Part shown: piece after piece, positions 7,969-17,620 of the stretch | Position numbering within the stretch: position 1 is the stretch's first letter | Layout of the letters: each line of letters begins with the position of its first letter | DNA from: Caedibacter taeniospiralis | GTDB taxonomy: Bacteria; Pseudomonadota; Gammaproteobacteria; Francisellales; Francisellaceae | NCBI RefSeq assembly: GCF_002803295.2 | Contig: NZ_PGGB02000002.1 | Span: 37,252-63,748, forward strand | DNA: 26,497 bases | Direction of reading: 5' to 3' | The notes under the pieces: model-generated | The model's database searches: none | What the model was told of the DNA's origin: nothing | Seen by the model: the letters and a program-made list of their open reading frames with translations, nothing else | Translations under genes and position numbers: made by a program

Positions 7969-10900
7969 TCAGGATTCGTAAGGGTTTTTAACGCGTACAG
8001 GGGTTGTTTTCTCGTCTCTGCTATTAATTCCTAGCTGACCGTAGTAATTATCACCCCAACAATATAAGCCGCCGGTGATATCAATGGCACATGTATGGTA
8101 GAGACCTAAACTTACCTGAGTTACCTGATCAACCTTTAAACCTTCGCCAGGGTGGACTTTTACAGGAACAGAACTGGCGGTGTTTTGATTATTTCCTATT
8201 TGTCCAAACATGTTATAACCCCAGCAGTATAATCCTCCTGGCTAGGTAATTGCACATTGTGATTTATCTCCACCAGAAAATCCTAACGTGGCAATGCGAT
8301 TTGACGTGAACCCTTCTGTTCCATCACTAATTTTTGTTGCCTGAGAGTGAATGCCTGTGTTCGCATCCCCCTGACCTAAAGCCCCTAGCATATTATTTCC
8401 CCAACTATATAGCTGGTGATTGGAGTCAATAGCGTATGCTGCATTATAACCTAAACTTACTGAGCTAATGTGACTACTATCAAAACCTGATGCTAAATTG
8501 CTTGGTACTTTAACAGGATTATAAGCCAAGGTGCTAGATTCTGTGCCTGTGATAGCATTCCGTTGATTTCCCCAGCAATATAAACTATTGGATAGGGTTA
8601 TGGCACAAATACTATCTCGAACTACACTTATTTCTTTTACATGATCAGAATCAAATCTATCTTCACCAAAACCCACTGATTCTAATTTAACAGGGGTGCT
8701 TTTAACTATCATTGCAAAATCATCATTAACATCAAACACGCCCCAGTAATAAAGTGATTGCTTGTCTCCTTGTTGACTAATAGCATAAATTGCTCCTGTA
8801 CCTATCGCAACACTAATAACATTGTCAGGATTAAAACCCTCGCTGCCTGCCTTTATTTTTTGAGGAGTGGCTTGCCTTGTGACATCTAGAGATGTTGTGA
8901 GCTGTCCATATTGATTATTGCCCCAACAATAAAGTTGATGATTATCTGTAATGGCACAAGTATTTTGGCGACCAACTGAAACAGATAAGACATTATCTGG
9001 AGTAAAACCCTGATCTCCAGCAACAACCGCGGTGGGGGTAGATATGTATGACTTATTTCCTATTCCATCTCCCAATTCTCCCCACGCACCACTACCCCAG
9101 CAATATAATTTATGCCGATAATCAATTGCGCAGGTTGTACTGTTACCAGAAGCTACCTGCAACCAGGGATAAACCATCTTAGTATTAATGGTAATGTTTT
9201 GTGCGCTGGCATTTTCGGCATTAACCACTAACCTGGATTCGTAGCTGGCATCCCAAGAGCTGACTGTCGCAGGATTAGCAGGATAGTTTCCGCTTAAAGT
9301 CACCGCACAGCTTTCGCCAACTCCTAAGGTTTTACCGTCACAGTTGCTTGACAGTAATACGCCAGGAGAACCAATTGCGTCAATAGTTTCCAGTGCATTT
9401 GCTTTTAATGTAACAGAACGCACTCCTGTATTTTTCACCCAGATAGTCGTTTTGAACTCAGGATTACTATATAGCTCAAGGGCTCTGGTCTGTGGCTGAT
9501 CATCACTATCCACCAGCGTAAACTCTTCTGAGGTTATTATGGTATTAAAGCTTGCTTTGGCATTCTCATGCAGGTTGTTACCCACTTCATCAGCCAATAA
9601 CCGTACTTCAACAGCGCTGGTCGTTACTGGCGCATCTTTTGCCACTTTAATATAGGCGGTGCATGATTCCCCTGGGGCAAGACTGTCTTTGACACTGCAA
9701 GAATCATCGGCATCCGAATAGCTTAGTGACAGCCCCTCGTGTGTGCCATTTATCATAAGATATGAGCCAATAGTAGCGCCTTGATAAGTTCTAAGGGTAA
9801 ACGGTCCATTATTGGTAACCGTCAACGGGTACTCAAGGTCGGTCGTATCTGAAATGGGCATAACTGTTGGTATCTGTATTGTGGCTGTGCTCTTTTGAAT
9901 TATCACTTCTGCCGAGTTTACCTTGGTTTTCCCTGAATTATCCTTATAGTTTAGGTGAAGATAAGCAGACTCTCCTGTATGCTAGGCATCCTTATCGGCA
10001 TGAAGCGTGATATTACAGCTTTGTTTGGCAGCTAAGACGCCTGTGCACTGATTGCTTTGAATGCTGATGCCATAAAGGGTGTCATCAAGCTGTGCCTGAA
10101 CTAATTCAAGTGCCTGACTGGTCTGATTGGTAAAGGTAATGGTATGTTGTTCTGTTGCAATGGTGACGGGTGAAACACTGATCGCTTGGTTCGCCACAAA
10201 AATAGCAGGGTGAGTAACATCACTATTGGCAGCACCCAACGCTAAATAATGTGAGTTTGTATTGTCTGCGAGATTATCCTTATACATTGTAAGAGCCTCT
10301 GCTGCGGATGACTTAAGCGCAATGTCCAGTCTTGCCTTTTGATTGGGAGCCTGGTAGCTCAACATGATTTTGCCTGGTTGTTCGGGTAATACCAGTTTAT
10401 TGCCATTGAACTTGACAAAGGCGATCTCCTGATACAGTTCATCGGGCATATTGCTGAAATCCACATAGGCATTATTGAGTCCTGTGGTGGATGAAAAGGA
10501 AAGTACAGAAGTATTATCAGGAATAAAATCTACGGTTACATTTCCTTGCTCAAAGTCCATGGATTTCTGACTATCTACCGCCGTTGTATCAAACTGCATA
10601 ATCGTTTCAGTCATAAGGTTTTGAGTCTCCAGATCTTCAATCTCAAACTTAAGCTCGCCCTTAAACTCTGCACTTAGGTCACTTAAGGTGACATTGAATT
10701 GAAGTGTGGCCTTTTCACCAGGTTGCAAAGTAACACCCTGACTGCCATCCCATAAATTACCATTGACCATGGGGGCACTTGTATCAAACAGAGCACCCGC
10801 GGGAGCAGTGACATTGACCAGCTTGATACTGTGAGTATTAATATTGGTGAACTCAGCTTGAGCTAGGGCTGTTTTTCCTATTAAAATAGTTTGCGGGATC

Positions 10901-13884
10901 AGCGATTTTGGTGTCATCAACATATTATCCAGTGCGGGATTAAGCAAAATGCTACCGACAGGCGCTTCTTGCAGATTCCCCACCTTTTTACTCATTAAAA
11001 CATAATTCCCTGACGGAAGGTCTTTGTCGTGAGCAATAAGCGCAATCGTTGCCTGGGCCCCATCGGCAACTCCTTTGGTGACGGAGTTTCCTTTGGTGCT
11101 ATCGGTAATTTCAATCTTATCTGAAGATACAACATTACCCTGGGCATCACGTACTTCAAAGGCATCAGCCACTGAAGTAATTCCAAAAATACTAAAGCTA
11201 TTATTGGCTATGCCATCATCACTATTGCTAAGAATAACATCCGTTGTGCTGGTTTCACCCTGAGTCTTAGGCAGATGCATGATGATATAACCCGATGCAG
11301 ATTTTGCGGTTAATGATGCCGATGCAATATTGAGCGATATATCACTTTCATAAACATTCCCTTCGAGCCCTTCTACGTTCAAAGATACTTTCATTGTGTG
11401 TTGACCGTTGGGTACTTCTTGAGCCGCAGTTAATGTGATAATCTGATCCGCGTCAGGCATGATTTCGCCGCTTAGCTTATCCGCTTGTATCCCTAGCGGA
11501 AGATCACTAATCGTAAAGGTAACCAGTTTGGATGTTGGATTCGTGAGTTTTAAGTATTTTTGACCTGGAGCGATATACGAAACACTTGAGGGTTCAAAAT
11601 GCACAATACTGGTAGAAACTGAAACAGCAGGATAAATCGTTGCATGATTGTTGCTTTTTAGCGCAATTATTTTGTTCGTTACGTTTTGGTTAAGTGCAAC
11701 CTGTGCATTTTTAAGTGCATTCAAATTATCGCTTGTAAGGGCGAAATCAAGATGGATATGCTTATGTGCTTTTGGTAATAAATCCCCTGATAAGGTTAAA
11801 ATACCCGTGTCAGGATTATAACCATTACCTGAGAAACTCTGGTAAATTGCTGCATCCAATTTGGATAAATCCAGCGTAATATTTTGCGCACGTACACTGC
11901 CCTGGTTATCAATCACTACATCCAGACCTGTGCTGGCGTCAACATTGATACCATTGAGGCTTTGCAAGCTTGTATCAAGTGTAGAGGAAGCAACAAATTG
12001 AGTATTAAAGGCAGGTGTTGCATAAATTACGCTGTCATTATTGAATGCTAAGCGCAATATTCCGTTGACACTGACACCTTCTGTGGCTGTCACACGACAT
12101 TGATAAACTTTTGTTTTACCAGGTTCAATGATTTCTCCTGCTTTAAGATCTCCACAATCCCAGGAAGCGCCATCACTATGGACATCACTGAAATCAACGG
12201 CTGATATTGTCAATATCGTTTCACCAGGATTAGCGATTTTAAAACTCATCAAGCCCTGGTTGCCTGGCGCTACTCTAGCAGGAAGTGACTGCATCATAAT
12301 GACATTGGCACCCTCCGGAGAAGCTTGCAAATCAATCATCGCAATCGTGGCGGATTTAACGTTGTTTTTCGCAATGGCATTGAGTTTATATGTACCTAAA
12401 GCCGCATCTTTATTGCTTGATTGAATACCAATCTGACAACTGTTACCTGGTAGCAACTGAGCACCTTTACAGGAGTTCATTGGACTATCAACAATTTTCA
12501 AATCACCCCCAGCCACACTAAACTGATCACTTAGTTTATCGGCTAGATAGGCGATATATTTGCCTTTATTGACGATATTCAGGTAGCTTGCTTTGGCGTT
12601 GGTCGAGCTGTTTGATCTTAAAACAACAGGATTATCTTCCTCTACACTTAACTGGGTACTGGCATCAATGAGTGCGGTTAAATTGACGGAATACATGTGC
12701 CCTGAGCTATCACTTAAAATAGCGTTAAATGGATACTCTCCTGAGATGGCGTTTTTTGCTGCTGACACCTTAAATTCGATGCTATCACCTGGCAATACCT
12801 GGTCTCCTGAGCCAACACTAGAAATAATGCTAATATATTGCGGATGATCAACAGAGAATTCTAAAGAGTTGAAACGCAGTTTACCTGCATTGCTTGGAAT
12901 CGTAAGAATAATACTGTCATTATTTCCCTTAGAGATGGAGACAGCCTTGTTACTCATATCAAAGGGTTTATCGCTGGCAGTAAGCGCAGGCGCTACTTTA
13001 TTGGCTGCCGTCGCGCTCCCCACATAAAGCTCATTGATTTCCAAAGCACCATTATTCTCTAAACTACTAAGTAAGTTAGCATCTTTTAATACCTCTGATG
13101 CCTGACCTTTGACAAAGAACGTAATCTTTTGACTTCCTGCAGCAGGAATATTAGGAACAATAATACGTTTTTTCTTCTCGTAATAAATACCACCTGCTAA
13201 TGTATTCCAATCTATGGCGTTAATTAACGCATCTGGTAGCTGCGTAAGATCGATGTACGTACCGTTGATTGCTGAGTCTGCTGTGTTATTTAAAATAAAT
13301 TCTGTTTGAGCATTTGGACGTATGCTGGCAGCCTTAGAGGAGGATACCGCTGAAGTCAGTGCAAGCTGATCCGCCGGTACAAAGTGTGTATCAATGGCGA
13401 TTTTAGAAGAAATATCACCGCTATTAGATTTTGCTGAAAATATTAAGTTTCCTGTGATGCTTGAGTTGTCACTACCACTTACAGCTATAAATTGAGAGCA
13501 GCTCTCCCCTGGGTTTAAGTGAGCACCAACTACACCATTCCAACAAGCTTTATTCGCGCCGACCTGTGCTGTTTGATCCAAAGTAAATTCAACACTGGCA
13601 TTACCTGTTTTATTCGTCTGGTCAGATAATCCTGTAATGATCATCGTGTTATCACTTACCGTGCCTGCGCCAACTATTGAAGACAATGTTACGGGGTTGC
13701 TTAGTTTAATTTCCATTACGCCATCGGCATCGGAGGCGATGGTTTGAGGAAGAGAAATGACGGATGTCAGATTTAATGGCGTTGCAGGCGTGACATTTCC
13801 GCCATTTCCTTCGCTGCCGCCACCACATCCGCCAAGAAGGGTTGCTAACATCAGTGAACTTAAGTGTTTTTTAGTGATCTTCAT
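7969..13884 (-). CDS. giant lipoprotein with C-terminal RCC1-like repeats, interrupted by two in-frame TAG codons (possible pseudogene or split gene)
   Basis: Lipobox-like 'LATLLGGC' start at 13884. ORF-track pieces 9982-13884, 8242-9906 and 7969-8211 share one frame; the only interruptions are TAG at 9982-9984 and TAG at 8242-8244. Translation across both stops keeps domain continuity. Confidence 0.72.
8242..9906 (-). CDS. RCC1-repeat segment (middle part of the interrupted giant ORF)
   Basis: Repeated 'CAI....LYCWG....G.L' motifs. Its only start candidate is GTG at 9906, with no signal peptide and a poor RBS, so it is unlikely to be an independent gene. Confidence 0.7.
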   Translation of the reverse strand: MIIQKSTATIQIPTVMPISDTTDLEYPLTVTNNGPFTLRTYQGATIGSYLMINGTHEGLSLSYSDADDSCSVKDSLAPGESCTAYIKVAKDAPVTTSAVEVRLLADEVGNNLHENAKASFNTIITSEEFTLVDSDDQPQTRALELYSNPEFKTTIWVKNTGVRSVTLKANALETIDAIGSPGVLLSSNCDGKTLGVGESCAVTLSGNYPANPATVSSWDASYESRLVVNAENASAQNITINTKMVYPWLQVASGNSTTCAIDYRHKLYCWGSGAWGELGDGIGNKSYISTPTAVVAGDQGFTPDNVLSVSVGRQNTCAITDNHQLYCWGNNQYGQLTTSLDVTRQATPQKIKAGSEGFNPDNVISVAIGTGAIYAISQQGDKQSLYYWGVFDVNDDFAMIVKSTPVKLESVGFGEDRFDSDHVKEISVVRDSICAITLSNSLYCWGNQRNAITGTESSTLAYNPVKVPSNLASGFDSSHISSVSLGYNAAYAIDSNHQLYSWGNNMLGALGQGDANTGIHSQATKISDGTEGFTSNRIATLGFSGGDKSQCAIT

Positions 13885-14054
13885 TCTGTTTTCCTTATGG
13901 TTTTTGATGTTTTTAACATCAGTTGTGATTTACGCTTACACCAAAGAAGATTCAATAATGACCTTCTCGATTTGGTGAGTGCATTTTATGACCAGAAAAC
14001 AGATTTGAAGAGTGGGGAAGTTTGTTGAATAAAAGGAATTTTTCCCAGGGGGAG
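13885..14054 (-). repeat. duplicated upstream leader/5'UTR, copy 2
   Basis: Gap-free match to 6795-6964, immediately upstream of the giant lipoprotein start codon. Confidence 0.85.
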
Positions 14055-14227
14055 GCTAAGCTTGAAAAATCACTAATTGGAGTTACGTACTTTAGATTTT
14101 TTTTAAACTACAAAAGCCTTCTTTGAAGCCACTCCTTGGCTAACGGAGGGGAGTTTAACAAAAAGCTGTCAAATATTCCCATTCACTTGTGAAGCGGGTG
14201 GTTAAACCGTTGCATTGCTCACAGTAA

Positions 14228-15196
14228 TTAGAGAAATCCTGCTCCTTGTTGCATATCATCCTCTAGGCACTGAATAACATATTTGTCTATTTCCGCATTC
14301 ACTTTTTGAGACAAAATGATAACATCTGGATCTCGTGAAATTGTCCAGTCAGGTAGTAATTTTACTAATTGAGCTCGATCACTACTTGCTTTGACAAGTG
14401 TTTCATTAAGAATACCAATACCTAATCCCTGTTGAATAAGTTCCAATATGACAAACTCCATGCCCATCTTACAAACGATGTTCAGTTGAATTAGTTTTGT
14501 TGTGCCATCTTTCAATAATTGAATTTGCCCTGTTTCAAGAGGACTTCCAAGATAGTTGAGTCCAGTAAGATCATTTGGGTTTAAAATTGAATGCGTTAGT
14601 GAGTCTAAATATGGTTGACTCGTATATAATGCGAACTTCCCTTTAACTGTTTTAAGCACTATCCATTTATCCTGATCAAGCAAGTGTAAATGTTCTTTGA
14701 GTAAAAGTAGCATGTTAAAACTATCTGCAAGTTCCTGTAGGTGGGCACCGAAACGCGCAATCATTGTAGGTGTTATCACACCGATTTCAAAGGTTATTTG
14801 TGGGAATTTTTTTCGTAATTTTGCTAGTAGCAGCTTGGCAGCATAATGGTATCCCGCTGGAAATGCCAAGATCCTGTAAACAATATTTTGACGAATCGAT
14901 TCAAAATTGCTGAGATCTATTTCTAGGCGTTCTATTTTGGGTAAAATCACTGCATAAAGCTTGTGTCCAAGTGGAGTTAAGGCAATATTTTGAACACCAC
15001 TTTCACTATTTTTTAATAAAGGACCTTTGATAGCAAACTCCAGCTCGGCTAAGTAACGGCGCGCTGTTTTAATATCAATGTTAAGAGCATCAGCTGCTTT
15101 TTTACGTGAACCCTGTTGAACAAGTACTTTAAAATATACCAATTCCCGTGCGTACTTGAATAGGTTTACACTAAAACTACCGTTTTGAATGGTCAT
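14228..15196 (-). CDS. LysR-family transcriptional regulator
   Basis: HTH 'LVYFKVLVQQGSRKKAADALNIDIKTARRYLAELEFAIKGPLLKNSESGVQNIALTPLG' and LysR-like length (322 aa). Confidence 0.78.
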   Translation of the reverse strand: MTIQNGSFSVNLFKYARELVYFKVLVQQGSRKKAADALNIDIKTARRYLAELEFAIKGPLLKNSESGVQNIALTPLGHKLYAVILPKIERLEIDLSNFESIRQNIVYRILAFPAGYHYAAKLLLAKLRKKFPQITFEIGVITPTMIARFGAHLQELADSFNMLLLLKEHLHLLDQDKWIVLKTVKGKFALYTSQPYLDSLTHSILNPNDLTGLNYLGSPLETGQIQLLKDGTTKLIQLNIVCKMGMEFVILELIQQGLGIGILNETLVKASSDRAQLVKLLPDWTISRDPDVIILSQKVNAEIDKYVIQCLEDDMQQGAGFL

Positions 15197-15221
15197 TTAC
15201 TGCTCCTTTTCGAATGCTAAG

Positions 15222-15911
15222 TTATCCTTTTTTCAAAGGGTTATTGTGCTGCGAAGATAGCGGCTGAGAAAGAAGCCAGTCATTAAGCGTTTTTGCCAAC
15301 TGTTCTGCTAACTTATTTGCAGCTTGCGCGAAGCCTTGGGCGTCGGCACTGGTTTCCTGTTCCAGAGCAAATGTCTTAACTGAGACCGCCTGTCCGCTGT
15401 TAGCATCCGTCAGGGTATAAGTTACAGATAAAATGACTCTGCTATTATTGCCTTCTATGATTTGAGTAAGCTGGTTTAGATTGCCCGTTAGACGGTAATC
15501 GGCATAGCCAATAAAATTGCTTGAAACAACGCTTTTAAAGCTTCTGTAGTGTTGCAAAGCTTGTAACAGGTTTTTACCAAGCATTTGCTGTGGCTCAGCA
15601 GCCCATGCGTTTTGGGTATAACTTGATAGCTCAAAATTATGTTCGCGATAGTACATTTGGGTTGAGTTATAAGGTGAGTCGGCTGTTAATGGGGTGGCAA
15701 ACAAAGTCAGATCAAATGGCTTATTTGATGTTCGAATTCCAGCTTTTTGTGCTGTGTTGGCTTGATTTACTTGCAAGTTGGGAGAAAGAATTTGATATTG
15801 TTTGACCTGTGGCAAATCAACAGGCGATAAAATACTACAGCCACTAATGAGTTCAAAGCCTGCGGCAGCTGTCATAAGTTGTAGGGTTTTTAGATTAAGG
15901 TATTTACGCAT
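15222..15911 (-). CDS. ABC-type transport auxiliary lipoprotein (Mla/PqiC-like component)
   Basis: Lipoprotein signal 'LMTAAAGFELISGCS', then 'VDLPQVKQYQIL' and 'Y...N.W...P..ML...LLQAL'; directly downstream of the MCE gene. Confidence 0.75.
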   Translation of the reverse strand: MRKYLNLKTLQLMTAAAGFELISGCSILSPVDLPQVKQYQILSPNLQVNQANTAQKAGIRTSNKPFDLTLFATPLTADSPYNSTQMYYREHNFELSSYTQNAWAAEPQQMLGKNLLQALQHYRSFKSVVSSNFIGYADYRLTGNLNQLTQIIEGNNSRVILSVTYTLTDANSGQAVSVKTFALEQETSADAQGFAQAANKLAEQLAKTLNDWLLSQPLSSQHNNPLKKG

Positions 15912-16819
15912 TATTTTTCTCCAGGACCTGGTTTTTTTGGCAACTTGCCTCGTATGAGCATCGAAGGGTTTTGATTCATCTTTTTGAATAGCTCAGAAAG
16001 TTGAGCTGACGTTTGGTTAAGGCTGTCCAATGTCTGGGTAATCTGGGGTAGCAGAATATTATTAACGCCCTGCAGAGTTTGATTGTTGAAGCTTGTAAGC
16101 GTTTTACTCACATCTTCCGAGGCTTTGGCAACTGCTTTTGCGCCATGATTAACATTATCCGCAATTTGATTAAGCTGTTGAGAGCTTGTAGCTGCATTTT
16201 TAAGAATAATGTTTAAAGACTCAATACTTTGGTAAATATTTTGGCTGCTGGTTGCTAAAGCATTAGAAATATCTTCGACATTAGCCACAATGTGGTTGAT
16301 TTTTTGAACATTGTCATCACTGATAATCCTGGCAACACGTGTTGATATTTGGGAGACCTGTTCCGCTACGGTACTCATTTGATTAACAATATCCGTCAAA
16401 AAGGAAGGTTTGGTATTGACGACAGGGTAGGGTGGAGAGATGGCAGGCTTAACAAGAAACTTGGTCAGCTCTTTTGATAAAGACAAAGTAATAAACACCT
16501 GTCCTGTAATTCCCTGGGGGACTAAGCTTGCATAAGTCGTGTTGTAAATGGGAATGCCCTGTTGGATTTGCATCACGACAATCACAATGCTTGGATTTTC
16601 TTTATCAATACTGATGCTTTTCACTTTGCCGACATTTACACCATTGTAGTTAATCGCAGCATTAACATTTAGTCCTGTAACTGATTCATTAAAGCGTGCA
16701 ATATAGGTGTCATACTTTACATCTTTTAATCCAAATGCAAGCCAAAATCCAATAAAAATCATTGAGGTCGTGGTGATAATGATAAACAAACCTGCAACAA
16801 AATAACGATTGTTTTTCAT
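15911..16819 (-). CDS. mlaD: MlaD/MCE family phospholipid transporter substrate-binding protein
   Basis: N-terminal TM plus MCE domain 'YIARFNESVTGLNVNAAINYNGVNVGKVKSISID...VPQGITGQVFITLSL', long coiled-coil C-terminus; operon context. Confidence 0.85.
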   Translation of the reverse strand: MKNNRYFVAGLFIIITTTSMIFIGFWLAFGLKDVKYDTYIARFNESVTGLNVNAAINYNGVNVGKVKSISIDKENPSIVIVVMQIQQGIPIYNTTYASLVPQGITGQVFITLSLSKELTKFLVKPAISPPYPVVNTKPSFLTDIVNQMSTVAEQVSQISTRVARIISDDNVQKINHIVANVEDISNALATSSQNIYQSIESLNIILKNAATSSQQLNQIADNVNHGAKAVAKASEDVSKTLTSFNNQTLQGVNNILLPQITQTLDSLNQTSAQLSELFKKMNQNPSMLIRGKLPKKPGPGEK

Positions 16820-17619
16820 GGCTGTGATCCTAGTGTTAGTTTGATATCCTTATTGGTTTTTCCACCATTAAAGAAATCATTTAAGTTTTTGTGTTGTGTC
16901 ATTTTAGCCGCATTTTTGACGTTGTCGTGAATAAGCACTCGCTTATCATCAAGGTAAACAACTTCATCAACTATTCGCCAAATACTCTCTAGATCATGGG
17001 TTATCATGATTATTGAGAGATTTAAGTCATGCTTTAGCCTTAGTATGAGCTGATCTAGTGCATAACCTGAATGGGGATCAAGCCCTGCGGATGGCTCATC
17101 TAAAAATATAATCTCAGGATCAAGAGCCAATGTGCGAGCAAGCGCTACACGCTTAAGCATGCCACCGCTTAACTGAGAAGGATATTTATGGTAGGCATCT
17201 TCCTTAAGACCAACCATTTTAAGCTTTAAGCGAGCAATGTCGATCACAACATCGCGACTAAAGCGGGTATATTCCTGCAGGGGAAACATGACGTTTTCAA
17301 GTGCGGTTAATGCACTAAAAAGCGCACCACCTTGAAACATCATCCCCATTTGGCTGGCAAATTGCCGACGTTTTACTTCATCATCACATAGATCAGAAAT
17401 CTTTTGCCCTAGTAAGTAAATTTCGCCTTCAGTCACGGGTTGCAGCATTAAGATTTCATGGATTAAGGTGGTTTTTCCAGAACCACTTCCACCAATAATT
17501 GCAGTAATCAGATGTGGGTAAATTGTAAGGTTGAGATCTTTATGCACCCAGACACCATCAAAACAGGTGCCCAAGTCTTTTATGTCGATGATTGGCTGTC
17601 TATCAGCGATCTCTGGCAT
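16816..17619 (-). CDS. mlaF: MlaF-like ABC transporter ATP-binding protein
   Basis: Walker A 'GGSGSGKTTL', signature 'LSGGMLKRVALARTLALDPEIIFLDEPSAGLDP'. Start placed at ATG 17619 (MPEIADRQ); the ORF track extends to 17676. Confidence 0.88.
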   Translation of the reverse strand: MPEIADRQPIIDIKDLGTCFDGVWVHKDLNLTIYPHLITAIIGGSGSGKTTLIHEILMLQPVTEGEIYLLGQKISDLCDDEVKRRQFASQMGMMFQGGALFSALTALENVMFPLQEYTRFSRDVVIDIARLKLKMVGLKEDAYHKYPSQLSGGMLKRVALARTLALDPEIIFLDEPSAGLDPHSGYALDQLILRLKHDLNLSIIMITHDLESIWRIVDEVVYLDDKRVLIHDNVKNAAKMTQHKNLNDFFNGGKTNKDIKLTLGSQP

Positions 17620-17620
17620 G

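Noticed and set aside
10995-12847. Several 60-100 aa plus-strand ORFs inside the giant lipoprotein gene
   Set aside because: Antisense shadows of the long minus-strand frame with no recognisable motifs.
7969-13884. Genome-wide reassignment of TAG (alternative genetic code) as the explanation for the split giant gene
   Set aside because: TAG is the apparent natural stop of the 3994-5046 ORF, the ABC ATPase (23626-23628) and the NCS2 permease (23818-23820), each ending at a sensible place.
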